A DNA stretch of 64,000 bases from a virus (lineage: Duplodnaviria > Caudoviricetes): positions 64,001-128,000 of IMG/VR virus record IMGVR_UViG_3300021431_004524; one strand, 5' to 3'. The position numbers and the translations under genes were made by a program. Positions 10,141-19,362 of the stretch are shown here, in pieces. Each line of letters begins with the position of its first letter. The stretch's first letter is position 1. Under the pieces are notes generated by a model, which searched no databases, was not told the DNA's origin, and saw only the letters and a program-made list of their open reading frames with translations.

Positions 10141-10965
10141 ATGTCTGTTGATAAAGAGTTACTTAAAAAATATCATCTTGAGGAAGCGCAAAAACGTTTC
10201 CAACAGATTAGTGAATATACTTTCATAACCAAGCCGATGCTTGATGAGGATGGAGATGACGATGACCAACAGCAGAATCCTATGGGTGGTCAGGATGGAA
10301 ATCAGCCTCCAATGCAGCAAGGTGGCGGCAATGATATGCCACAAGGTGATATGAATGGTGGTTCTGACGGTCAGCAGCCGCCTATGAGTGATGGTAAGGA
10401 GCCTCCACAAGACGGTGGCGGAATGCCGCAAGACAATGCGCCCGAAGGTGGTGAAGAAATGAATGTTGATTTTGAGCCTGGTGATGAAGGTCAAGATGCT
10501 GAAGGTGGTGATGATAATGTTGACTCAATGCAAGACGGTGATGAAGTGATTGATGTTGATGAACTTACCAATGCACAGGAAACAACAGAGGTTAAGATTG
10601 ACGGTGTTAATGATAAATTGCAAGATTTATTGGCTGTAACCACTAAATTTATTGCGGCAGTTGACCAAAACAACAAGAAGATTGACGATTTGAGAGCTGA
10701 ATTTGAAAAACGTAATCCATCAGAGGAAGAAAAAATTAACATTCGTTCACAAGCATCAGCACCATATTCTGAAACACCGAAAGACTTCTGGGATAAAAAG
10801 TCACAAAATTCAAATTATAATGTAATTTACAATAATGATGTTGACCCAGATAAGGAAGAAACGGAATATGTAATTAAGAAAGGTGATGTTACCGGCGGCG
10901 ATGACCGTTCTCTTGCAAAATCCCTTGAATATCCTTCAAAATTGAAAGATTTTTTGGATTTTTAA
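10141..10965 (+). CDS. acidic low-complexity protein, putative prohead core/scaffold-like
   Basis: P/Q/G/D/M-rich disordered region followed by a coiled coil; LEE/ISE/LDE motifs. Confidence 0.5.
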   Translation: MSVDKELLKKYHLEEAQKRFQQISEYTFITKPMLDEDGDDDDQQQNPMGGQDGNQPPMQQGGGNDMPQGDMNGGSDGQQPPMSDGKEPPQDGGGMPQDNAPEGGEEMNVDFEPGDEGQDAEGGDDNVDSMQDGDEVIDVDELTNAQETTEVKIDGVNDKLQDLLAVTTKFIAAVDQNNKKIDDLRAEFEKRNPSEEEKINIRSQASAPYSETPKDFWDKKSQNSNYNVIYNNDVDPDKEETEYVIKKGDVTGGDDRSLAKSLEYPSKLKDFLDF

Positions 10966-10996
10966 CGTAAAAAAATAACTAATATAAGATATTTAT

Positions 10997-11035
10997 ATAC
11001 AGTAACTGGGAAAAATAACCGGTTACTGTATTTTT
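10997..11035 (+). terminator. intrinsic terminator
   Basis: ATACAGTAACTGG / CCGGTTACTGTAT stem followed by a T run. Confidence 0.75.
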
Positions 11036-11048
11036 ATATATGTAAAAT

Positions 11049-11079
11049 TTTGTAAATTGAAAAAAATGCAGTACATTTG
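11049..11079 (+). promoter_or_regulatory. Bacteroidetes-type promoter
   Basis: TTTG 11049-11052, 19-nt spacer, TACATTTG 11072-11079. Confidence 0.75.
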
Positions 11080-11124
11080 CAATGTAATGATAATATAATA
11101 TAAACTATAAATAATTTTAACAAA

Positions 11125-12264
11125 ATGTCAGAACAAATTAAGTTAAATGTAAACACAAGCGCAGAGGAAATTTTGAGACAGCGCAGAGCAATTCAAGAAA
11201 GCAAAGAAAAACCGCAAGTTAAGAAAAAGTTCGAGTTTGATGAAAAGAATTATCTTAACTTACGTCTTAAAGAGGGTGAAACACAGAAGAAAGTTACAGT
11301 TAGAATTCTACCTGTAAGTGCTGATGACCCAAACACATTCCTAATTCTTCACACACATTCAATGAAAGTATCCAATGAAATATCCAAGAGTGGATACAAG
11401 TCGTTTATTTGCCTTAACGAAGAGAAATTACCTAATCATGACGGACGTGGTTGCCCATTGTGCCAGAAGTCTGCTGAACTTCTCAAACAGAGTAATGAAA
11501 TTCCTAATGACGCAGCACATAAGGATGAGAGAAAAGCATTATTTAAGCAGGGAATGCAATATCATTCAAAGGAAACATTTATTGTTCGTGTAATTGAAAG
11601 AGGTCATGAGGATGAGGGTGTTAAATTCTGGCGTTTTAACGCTCATAATGACGGAACCGGTATTTATGACCAATTGATGTCTATTTTTGACAACAGAGCA
11701 CAGGAATCAATTGATAACGGTGATGCTTACTATAGGTTAGAAAGTTATACTGATGAAAAAGGTGCCGGTATTGGGTATATTAAAATAGACAAAGAAGAAT
11801 ATGATTTACTTTCTGATGATGAACGTACTATTATTCCTTATAATGTATTTGATTTGAATAATGGTAAGGATTTCATTATTACGCTTCAGTATGTTAAGAG
11901 TACGGATAAGACAACACTTACAATTAGTGATGCCGGAAAGGAAACCCCACTTTCAAAGGATATAAATAAGGCATTGTCTTGGGTAAATGACGAGAAAACT
12001 TGGGCAGATTTATATTCAATGAAACCTTTTGAATATATTGACCTTATAGCCAATGGAAAAGTACCGTTCTTCGATAAGAACAAAGAAAAGTGGGTTGATA
12101 AGGCAACAGTAAGTGAGGAAGATATTGCGGCTGCTGAAGCACGTAAGATACTTGAAAACGGTGGTAAAAACACACAGACGGCTAAGACTGAAGAGAAAAC
12201 AAAAGATATAAATACTTCTCCACAGTTGGAAGATGAAGCGGAAGGTGATGATTTACCATTCTAA
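11125..12264 (+). CDS. single-stranded DNA-binding protein, T4 gp32-like
   Basis: VRILP, H...C...CPLC Zn site, FDLNNGKDFII, acidic tail ending DDLPF. Confidence 0.8.
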   Translation: MSEQIKLNVNTSAEEILRQRRAIQESKEKPQVKKKFEFDEKNYLNLRLKEGETQKKVTVRILPVSADDPNTFLILHTHSMKVSNEISKSGYKSFICLNEEKLPNHDGRGCPLCQKSAELLKQSNEIPNDAAHKDERKALFKQGMQYHSKETFIVRVIERGHEDEGVKFWRFNAHNDGTGIYDQLMSIFDNRAQESIDNGDAYYRLESYTDEKGAGIGYIKIDKEEYDLLSDDERTIIPYNVFDLNNGKDFIITLQYVKSTDKTTLTISDAGKETPLSKDINKALSWVNDEKTWADLYSMKPFEYIDLIANGKVPFFDKNKEKWVDKATVSEEDIAAAEARKILENGGKNTQTAKTEEKTKDINTSPQLEDEAEGDDLPF

Positions 12265-12270
12265 ATAAAG

Positions 12271-12307
12271 TAATAACCGGTCTAATAATTGGTTAGACTG
12301 GTTATTA
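12271..12307 (+). terminator. hairpin / probable terminator
   Basis: TAATAACCGGTCTAA / TTAGACTGGTTATTA inverted repeat after the SSB stop codon. Confidence 0.6.
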
Positions 12308-12342
12308 TATAAAAATAAAAGAATTATGGTTTTTACTTATTA

Positions 12343-12957
12343 ATGAGTAAATTTTATTACTATTTTGGGTCAATGTCAAGTGGTAAAACTGCTTTGCTAT
12401 TGATGAAAGCACATTCATTTGAAGAACGTGGTATTTCATTTTTGTGTATAAAGCCGTCAATTGATGACAGAGACGGCGAAGATATAATCAAATCGAGAAT
12501 CGGTTTATCGAGAGAGTGTATTTCATTTGATGCAACACATAATTTATATAAGTTTATTGACAACTATATTGTAAATGTACAACTTCAAGGCTATGACAAA
12601 CCAAGGTGGATACTTGTGGATGAGTGTCAGTTCTTAACGAAAGAACAAGTCGACCAACTTGCAGAGGTCGTTGATAATTTGGATGTAAATGTCATGTGTT
12701 ATGGTCTGAGGACTGATTTCAAGACTGATTTCTTTGAAGGCTCTAAGAGATTAATGGAAATTGCAGACGATATAGAAGAGTTAAAATCATCTTGCGGTTG
12801 TGGTAGGAAAGCCATAGTTAATGCAAGGATTGATGCCTTTGGAAATATAGTCAGTGACGGTGAACAAATTGAAATTGGTGGAAATGACAAATATATTTCA
12901 CTTTGCAGAAAATGTTATCATACATTGTTAGAGAAACAGAAAAAAGAAAAAATGTAA
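12343..12957 (+). CDS. tdk: thymidine kinase
   Basis: GSMSSGKT Walker A, SRIG, DECQF, YGLRTDF, C-terminal CGCG/CRKC Zn ligands. Confidence 0.95.
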   Translation: MSKFYYYFGSMSSGKTALLLMKAHSFEERGISFLCIKPSIDDRDGEDIIKSRIGLSRECISFDATHNLYKFIDNYIVNVQLQGYDKPRWILVDECQFLTKEQVDQLAEVVDNLDVNVMCYGLRTDFKTDFFEGSKRLMEIADDIEELKSSCGCGRKAIVNARIDAFGNIVSDGEQIEIGGNDKYISLCRKCYHTLLEKQKKEKM

Positions 12958-12985
12958 ATATAAACTAATTTAAAGTTAAAAAATT

Positions 12986-14113
12986 ATGGCACAACCAATT
13001 AAAAAAGGAGCAGGTATTAAAACCTTGTCAAAAGAAGAAAAGTTAGCAGCATTAAAAGCGTTTAAAAATGAAAATAATCTTAGTGGTGCTAAGGAGAAAG
13101 AATTATCGTGGTTCATATTGCCGGAGGCTTTCCAAGATGCTACAAGACTTCCTGGTATTCCGCAAGGCTATGTTAGCGCAATAAGGGGTCATTCAAATAC
13201 CGGTAAGAGTACAATTAAACTTGAATTGATTAAGGCTGCACAAAGACAGGGCGTTATTCCTGTTGTTTTTGAACTTGAAAACAATTTTGCATGGCAGCAT
13301 GCCAAGGACATTGGTGTAAATATTGAGGAATATGTAGATGAGGAAACCGGAGAAGTTACATATGGTCCTGGTGATGATATGCTGTATTACGATACTACCA
13401 AATTATATGAAATATACGGCAAATTCGACCATGAGCATGGAAAGTGGTTACAGAAAGCAAACCGTGAAACATATGTCATTGAGGACGTTGCAATGTGTAT
13501 TAAGGATTTGATACGTAAACAGAGGGAAGGTAAACTTCCTTTCGATATGGTCTTCATTGTTGATAGTATTGGTGTTGGCGATTGTTATAGGGCTGCTGCT
13601 AACAATTCAAGTAATAATATGTGGTATGCAAATGCAGTATCAACAGCATTTAACACAATTGTTAATGACCTTATTCCTTCTTCAAGAAATATTAATTCTG
13701 AATATACTAACAGTATGTTTGTGATTAATAAGATTTGGGTTGAGAATACTGCTATTGGACTTCCTTCGGCAAAAAGTAAGGGTGGTATTGCCTTAACTTA
13801 TGCTTATAGACTTCTTCTGTATGTCGGTGGTATTGCAAGTGCAAGTGTTAAAGCATTGACCGCTACATCTGGTGGAAAGGAATATCAGTATGGTGTCAAG
13901 ACAAAGATTAAGGTTGAGAAGAATCATATTAATAATCTGACTTATACCGGTGAAATTTGTTCATTACAACAAGGTTTGTGGAATCCGGACAAGTTGGATG
14001 AATACAAGAAAGAATATGCACAGTTTATCAAGGAAAAACTCGCAGAAACTAACAAGATTAGTCTTGATGAGGTTGGTGATATTACGTTTGAAGAGGTTGA
14101 TAAAGAGGAATAA
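12986..14113 (+). CDS. RecA/UvsX-like recombinase
   Basis: GHSNTGKS P-loop, FIVDSIG Walker B, KGG, KIKVEKN; replication-cluster context. Confidence 0.85.
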   Translation: MAQPIKKGAGIKTLSKEEKLAALKAFKNENNLSGAKEKELSWFILPEAFQDATRLPGIPQGYVSAIRGHSNTGKSTIKLELIKAAQRQGVIPVVFELENNFAWQHAKDIGVNIEEYVDEETGEVTYGPGDDMLYYDTTKLYEIYGKFDHEHGKWLQKANRETYVIEDVAMCIKDLIRKQREGKLPFDMVFIVDSIGVGDCYRAAANNSSNNMWYANAVSTAFNTIVNDLIPSSRNINSEYTNSMFVINKIWVENTAIGLPSAKSKGGIALTYAYRLLLYVGGIASASVKALTATSGGKEYQYGVKTKIKVEKNHINNLTYTGEICSLQQGLWNPDKLDEYKKEYAQFIKEKLAETNKISLDEVGDITFEEVDKEE

Positions 14114-14135
14114 TTAACTTAAATTTGATGAAAAG

Positions 14136-14435
14136 ATGAAATTGACTTTAAAAAAAGAGGCTGAGTTTGAATTTAATGAAAGTAAGTACACTGCAATTCC
14201 GAGCGAAGTGTTTACTACGTTGGTAGGTGAACCTGATGATAGTTGCCTTAGTGACACAAAACTACCGGAGATGGTAATGTTTGAAAACAAGGCTGATTAT
14301 ATCAAAACCGCAAAATTGCATGACATAGACTATAATAGAAGCATCTATGTTTCGAGTAAAGGACAGATTTTATGTTATTTGAATACTTTTTCAAGTGATG
14401 AGTCAACCAATTCCGAAGAAAGTAAAGGAGAATAA
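14136..14435 (+). CDS. hypothetical protein
   Basis: 99-aa ORF in operon. Confidence 0.6.
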   Translation: MKLTLKKEAEFEFNESKYTAIPSEVFTTLVGEPDDSCLSDTKLPEMVMFENKADYIKTAKLHDIDYNRSIYVSSKGQILCYLNTFSSDESTNSEESKGE

Positions 14436-15558
14436 TCCTAATTTGGGTGTTAAGACGTTTAATACACTACTTGTGGACGGTTCCAATATTCTGGAACTGT
14501 CCTCACTTGGTGATAAGACGATTTCAAGTAATGGAAAACAAGTCGGTGGGATACAGCAGTTTCTTTTGCAGATAAAGATTCTGATGATGAAAGCCAATTT
14601 TAGATATGTATATGTGTTCTGGGATGGAGATAACTCAGGATATTATAGATATCTTGTTAATGAGCAATATAAGAGTAACCGTGACAAGAATTTTATTGTT
14701 GATGATGGGCTTTCTGACTATATGAAAGAGTTCAATGCGAACATTAAACGTATGCAGAACTACATTTTCAATAAGAAAAATAAGGAAAAAACCGACCAAC
14801 AGAAGAAAGACAAGGAAATATTCTATGAACAGCGTGAAATTATAATGTCTTGTCTTGAAGAATTGTTTGTAAGGCAAGTAGTTTGTGACAAAGTTGAGGC
14901 TGATGACCTTATTGGATATTATGTTAAGAATAAAAAACCCAACGAACGTATTGTGATAATGTCAAACGATAGGGATTTGACGCAATTGATTGCCGATGAC
15001 GTAATTATATATATTCAAAGTACCAAGAAGTTCATTAATAAGAAGAATCATACAGAGGAAATGGGTTATTATTATGAGAATGTGTTACTTAAAAAGATGA
15101 TATGTGGTGATGCATCTGATAGTATTAAGGGTATAAAGGGTGTCGGTGAAATAACCTTATTCAAAAATTTCCCACAATTAAAAGAAAGGAAAGTAGAACT
15201 TGAAGAAATTATCGATGGTGCAAGGAAAATCAATGAGGAACGTGCAAAATTAAAACAAAAGCCTCTTCAATGGGCAAAAAACATCGTAGAAGGTATTACA
15301 GATGGTGCTCAAGGTGACAGAATTTATGAGATTAACAAAAAAATCATTGATTTGAAGAATCCGTTGATGACCGATGAAGCAAAAGAAATAATGGATAGTA
15401 TGATGTATGCCCCCATTGACCCTGAAGGACGAAGTTATGACAATTTATACAAAATTTTGTGTGATGCGGGCGTGGATGATTTGAAAGACCCTACCAGATT
15501 TAGTAATTTTTTTATAGAATATGCATATTTGATTGACAAAGAGAAGAAAAATTCGTAA
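14398..15558 (+). CDS. 5'-3' exonuclease / flap endonuclease (T4 RNase H / PolA N-terminal family)
   Basis: LLVDG, YKSNR, EADD, SNDRD, GDASDSIKGIKGVG (H3TH). Confidence 0.92.
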   Translation: MSQPIPKKVKENNPNLGVKTFNTLLVDGSNILELSSLGDKTISSNGKQVGGIQQFLLQIKILMMKANFRYVYVFWDGDNSGYYRYLVNEQYKSNRDKNFIVDDGLSDYMKEFNANIKRMQNYIFNKKNKEKTDQQKKDKEIFYEQREIIMSCLEELFVRQVVCDKVEADDLIGYYVKNKKPNERIVIMSNDRDLTQLIADDVIIYIQSTKKFINKKNHTEEMGYYYENVLLKKMICGDASDSIKGIKGVGEITLFKNFPQLKERKVELEEIIDGARKINEERAKLKQKPLQWAKNIVEGITDGAQGDRIYEINKKIIDLKNPLMTDEAKEIMDSMMYAPIDPEGRSYDNLYKILCDAGVDDLKDPTRFSNFFIEYAYLIDKEKKNS

Positions 15559-15564
15559 ATTTAT

Positions 15565-15595
15565 TTTGTAAGGTAAAATAAAAGCAGTATATTTG
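15565..15595 (+). promoter_or_regulatory. Bacteroidetes-type promoter
   Basis: TTTG 15565-15568, 19-nt spacer, TATATTTG 15588-15595. Confidence 0.75.
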
Positions 15596-15646
15596 CAAGT
15601 GATAGTTTAATATAGATTTGTTTAACAACGTAAATTTAAAAAAGAA

Positions 15647-16540
15647 ATGTTAGAAGACAACATTAAAAAAGAAGCAAAAGTCGTGGATAACGAAGCCTAT
15701 AAGGAAAGGTTTCAATTTCTACTTTGGGTAAATGATAATATTATTTGCCAACGTTATTTTAAGATTAATGGTTATAACAACGATTCTCTGAGGTCTTTAC
15801 AGTTTAAGGAGACAATGGATAATGTTGTTACAATGATTAAAGAGGATTTGATTTCAAAGAGTCGTATCTTTATGTGGTATACGAGGGATGAGCCTGTAAA
15901 GATGAAAGGTTTTGTAAACAATTATGATGGACTTGATTATTCTGATATTATATATTTGACTTCACCGGATTATAAGGATAGTGTGAAATTATCTAACGGT
16001 GAAATTATTGAGAAAGACTACTTTAATTATGCTGAAGGTACTGAGGATTCCTATGCCGATACAGAGGACTTGAAGCCTTGGGATGTTACGTTTAAATTCC
16101 AAATGCTGATTGATGAACAACCTGTGTATGAGCGTATATGGGATGGTACTGTATATCCTAAATATGTGCGCAACGGTGTTGATTTGACTAATTCTGATGT
16201 CTTGTATAAAGACAAGGAACCATCTTCTCTTCATTTCAGTTGTGCTATTATTCGTCATATGACGATTGGTAAAATTGACCTTGTTTACCATATTATCAAG
16301 CAGATTTGTGAGGTTATGAGTTACAAGTTTGAAGATAGTAACAAATATACCAAGCGTATGAAGTATGATGGCAAAAACTATCTTCTCTCAACCTATAATA
16401 AGGATTGGGTCGATGCCGCAAGACAGCATTATGCTGAAAAGACGAAGGCTTATCAGATTGACCTTATGAGAGATGAAAGATATAAGGATACGTTCGGTCT
16501 GACACCTGGTCAGTTTGAATATATCGAGAACCGTTTGTAA
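15647..16540 (+). CDS. hypothetical protein in the replication cluster
   Basis: 297-aa ORF with its own promoter and terminator; no recognised motif. Confidence 0.75.
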   Translation: MLEDNIKKEAKVVDNEAYKERFQFLLWVNDNIICQRYFKINGYNNDSLRSLQFKETMDNVVTMIKEDLISKSRIFMWYTRDEPVKMKGFVNNYDGLDYSDIIYLTSPDYKDSVKLSNGEIIEKDYFNYAEGTEDSYADTEDLKPWDVTFKFQMLIDEQPVYERIWDGTVYPKYVRNGVDLTNSDVLYKDKEPSSLHFSCAIIRHMTIGKIDLVYHIIKQICEVMSYKFEDSNKYTKRMKYDGKNYLLSTYNKDWVDAARQHYAEKTKAYQIDLMRDERYKDTFGLTPGQFEYIENRL

Positions 16541-16564
16541 ACGGTAATCAAATCTCCTTCCTCC

Positions 16565-16591
16565 GGCCGTTCAAATTAGGACGGCCTTTTT
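16565..16591 (+). terminator. intrinsic terminator
   Basis: GGCCGT/ACGGCC stem followed by TTTTT. Confidence 0.7.
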
Positions 16592-16636
16592 ATACATTTT
16601 TTTTTTGTTTAACAGAATAATTTTTTTAATTTATAA

Positions 16637-19174
16637 ATGAGTTCTAATCGTAATGATAGAAGTACATTAGGATATCTTGGTGCTGATTTCCAGTTAAAAC
16701 TTGTAAAATGTTTTTTTGAAGACCAAAAGTATTTTGCAAATATACAGGAAATCGTAGACCAAAATATGTTTAGCAATGAACATCTTAGAAGAATTGTAGG
16801 TTTCATGAAAGACCGTTATAACTTTAATGAGACCGTTACAACTTATTTTGAGATGGAAACTATAATCAGAAGTAAAGTTTCGGACGCAATTTCAGTTGAG
16901 CAACTTCTTGCCCATCTTGAGAAAATCAAGGAGATGGACTTAACCGGTATGGATTTGGTCGAGGAAGAATCGGAAAATTTCTTCAAGCAACAGAATCTTA
17001 CCAAGGCAATAAACAAGGCACAGGATATTATTAAGAAAGGTGAATTTGACAATTATTATGTAATTGAAGATGTAATAAAAAAAGCCCTTGAAACAAACAC
17101 CAAAGAAGAAGGCGGAAAAAGGTTGTTCGAAAATATTGATAAAACGCTTTCTGAGGATGCCAAGATAAGAATACCTACGGGAGCAGATAAACTTGATGCG
17201 ACACTGCATGGTGGTCTTGCAAAAGGCGAATTGGGGGTAATAATCGCACCAAGCGGTATCGGAAAAGCTCAACCACTTACTTCAAAGGTGCTTACACCAA
17301 CTGGTTTCAAGACTATGGGTGAAATGAAAGTCGGTGAAATGGTGATTGGCGGTGACGGTAAGCCGCATCAGGTGATTGGCGTATTCCCACAAGGAAAAAG
17401 ACCTGTATATAAGGTTAGTTTTAGCAATGGTACAAGCTGTGAGTGTGATATTGACCATTTGTGGAATGTAAATACTTATTATCAGAGAACTCGTAAAACA
17501 TATGTTAAAGGGAGTGGTGTGAAAAACATGAAACGGGAATATAATAGTGATAAAACGTTTAAAACGTGGAGTCTTAGAGAAATTATAGACCGTGGAATAA
17601 TTAAGTATTTTCCAAATTCCGGAAGGAAAACTTATGTTTTTAAAGTGCCTGTTGTAAAACCGATTGAATTTGATAAACAAGAAGTTCCTATTAATCCGTA
17701 TTTAGCAGGTTATTATATTGGTGATGGATGTTTCCAAAAACAGAATATTAGTGTTGGTATACAAGATAAAGAGTCTGCATTTAATGAACTGAGTGTTATA
17801 TTAAAAGATGAACTACATCCATTTTTTAATGAGAAACGAAATATATGGTCTTTTAACTTAACAGGAAGTATTAGAAAAAAATGTATTGATACATTTGGTG
17901 TTTGTAACAGTAAAGATAAAGAGATACCTGAATGTTATTTGTTGAATACAAAAGAAGTAAGAATTAGTATACTTCAAGGTTTAATGGATTCAGACGGTAC
18001 AGTATACAAAAACGGTCATTCTGAATTTAACACCAAAAGTAAAAAACTTGCAGAACAGGTAACTTTTTTGGTTAAATCTCTTGGGGGTTATGTTAGTGTA
18101 AAAGAAAAAAAGAGTAGTTATTTTAATAAAAAATATAATAAACGTATTGATTGTGGTATTAGTTATCGTGTAAGCATTATGCTAAATGATGAAAATATAT
18201 CTTTATATCGTTTTAAAAGAAAACAAGACAGAGTTAAATATCGCACTAAGTATAAAGAAAGTATTTACATTACCGATGTTGAATATTTGAGGGAAGATGA
18301 AACTCAATGTATATTGGTTGATTCTGACGAGCATCTTTATGTGACCGATGACTTCATTGTGACACATAATACCTCTGCTACAACCGGTTTTGCTGCCAAT
18401 GCTGCAATAACCAAATGTAAGAGTAATAATGATAAAGGTTTCAAAGTACTGCATTATTTCTTTGAGGATGAGGAAAACGATATAGAAAGAAAATATTATG
18501 GTTTTTTAACAGGCTACGATGCCGGTGATTTGCATTTGCCTCATATTAGACCGTATGTAATAGAAATATTAAATGAGAATGCTGAAACAAAACGCATGCT
18601 TCGTGAGAATATTAAATTTGAACGGTTAATAAGTGGCGAGGTAACGGCTTCACAGATTAAAAACAAAATAAGACATGAAATTGCACTCGGTTTTAAACCT
18701 GATTTAGTTATTATTGACTATTTTGAATGCTTGAAGGCTGAAAAGGGTGACAAAAGTGATAGTGAATGGACAAAAGAGGCTATTACAATGAGAAAGTTGG
18801 AAGCCATTGCACATGAATTCGATATTGCTATATGGGTTCCGATACAAGGCACAAAAGATTCACTAGGACAGGAACTTGTCGGTCTTATGCATGCAGGCGG
18901 TTCAGTAAAGAAAATACAGATTGCTCATGTCATTATCACTTTTGCGGCCAGTGATGCCATGAAGTTGGATGGTAAACTTAACATTGCCATTGGTAAGTTC
19001 AGAGGTGGAAAACTTGATAGGAATAAATTCATGAATGTCTATTTTAACAACGGAACTTGTAGGTTTGACATGAGTGAAGTCGATGAAAATAACGATGATA
19101 TGTCTTTTGACGAAAAGCAATCAAGTAGATTGAATGAAATTGCAAGGCAAACCAAACAAACTTATCAAAAATAA
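16637..19174 (+). CDS. replicative DnaB/gp41-like helicase, intein-containing
   Basis: IPTG...LDATLHGGLAKGELGVIIAPSGIGK|T Walker A split by the intein; IIDYFE Walker B; GKFRGG. Confidence 0.9.
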   Translation: MSSNRNDRSTLGYLGADFQLKLVKCFFEDQKYFANIQEIVDQNMFSNEHLRRIVGFMKDRYNFNETVTTYFEMETIIRSKVSDAISVEQLLAHLEKIKEMDLTGMDLVEEESENFFKQQNLTKAINKAQDIIKKGEFDNYYVIEDVIKKALETNTKEEGGKRLFENIDKTLSEDAKIRIPTGADKLDATLHGGLAKGELGVIIAPSGIGKAQPLTSKVLTPTGFKTMGEMKVGEMVIGGDGKPHQVIGVFPQGKRPVYKVSFSNGTSCECDIDHLWNVNTYYQRTRKTYVKGSGVKNMKREYNSDKTFKTWSLREIIDRGIIKYFPNSGRKTYVFKVPVVKPIEFDKQEVPINPYLAGYYIGDGCFQKQNISVGIQDKESAFNELSVILKDELHPFFNEKRNIWSFNLTGSIRKKCIDTFGVCNSKDKEIPECYLLNTKEVRISILQGLMDSDGTVYKNGHSEFNTKSKKLAEQVTFLVKSLGGYVSVKEKKSSYFNKKYNKRIDCGISYRVSIMLNDENISLYRFKRKQDRVKYRTKYKESIYITDVEYLREDETQCILVDSDEHLYVTDDFIVTHNTSATTGFAANAAITKCKSNNDKGFKVLHYFFEDEENDIERKYYGFLTGYDAGDLHLPHIRPYVIEILNENAETKRMLRENIKFERLISGEVTASQIKNKIRHEIALGFKPDLVIIDYFECLKAEKGDKSDSEWTKEAITMRKLEAIAHEFDIAIWVPIQGTKDSLGQELVGLMHAGGSVKKIQIAHVIITFAASDAMKLDGKLNIAIGKFRGGKLDRNKFMNVYFNNGTCRFDMSEVDENNDDMSFDEKQSSRLNEIARQTKQTYQK
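17267..18370 (+). mobile_element. class 3 intein with LAGLIDADG homing endonuclease (368 aa)
   Basis: Starts AQPL, ends VTHN before Thr+1. WCT signature: DHLW (block B), TQCILV (block F), VTHN (block G). LAGLIDADG blocks YLAGYYIGDG and ILQGLMDSDG. Confidence 0.9.
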
Positions 19175-19362
19175 ATGTGATTAAATAGACAGAAATTAAT
19201 ATTTTTAATAAAATTTTTTTATATTTTTTTATTCTGTGTATATCAGACAGTTAAGTGAGTTGCCTATATTTTTTAACAAAAATCGGTGACTTTTTTGAAA
19301 GACGATATGATATATATTATATACCAAAGTTACAGAATAAAGATTAAAAAATAATATAAATT

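Noticed and set aside
10250-10520. Short GC-richer repeats (CCACAAG/GGTGGCGG) in the 10141 gene
   Set aside because: Explained by P/Q/G/D low-complexity protein sequence, not a DNA-level repeat element
19175-19362. Possible NrdR box or recombinase site upstream of nrdD (TATATATTATATAC; TATCAGACAGTTA)
   Set aside because: Poor match to the NrdR consensus, only half-symmetric, and indistinguishable from the AT-rich background
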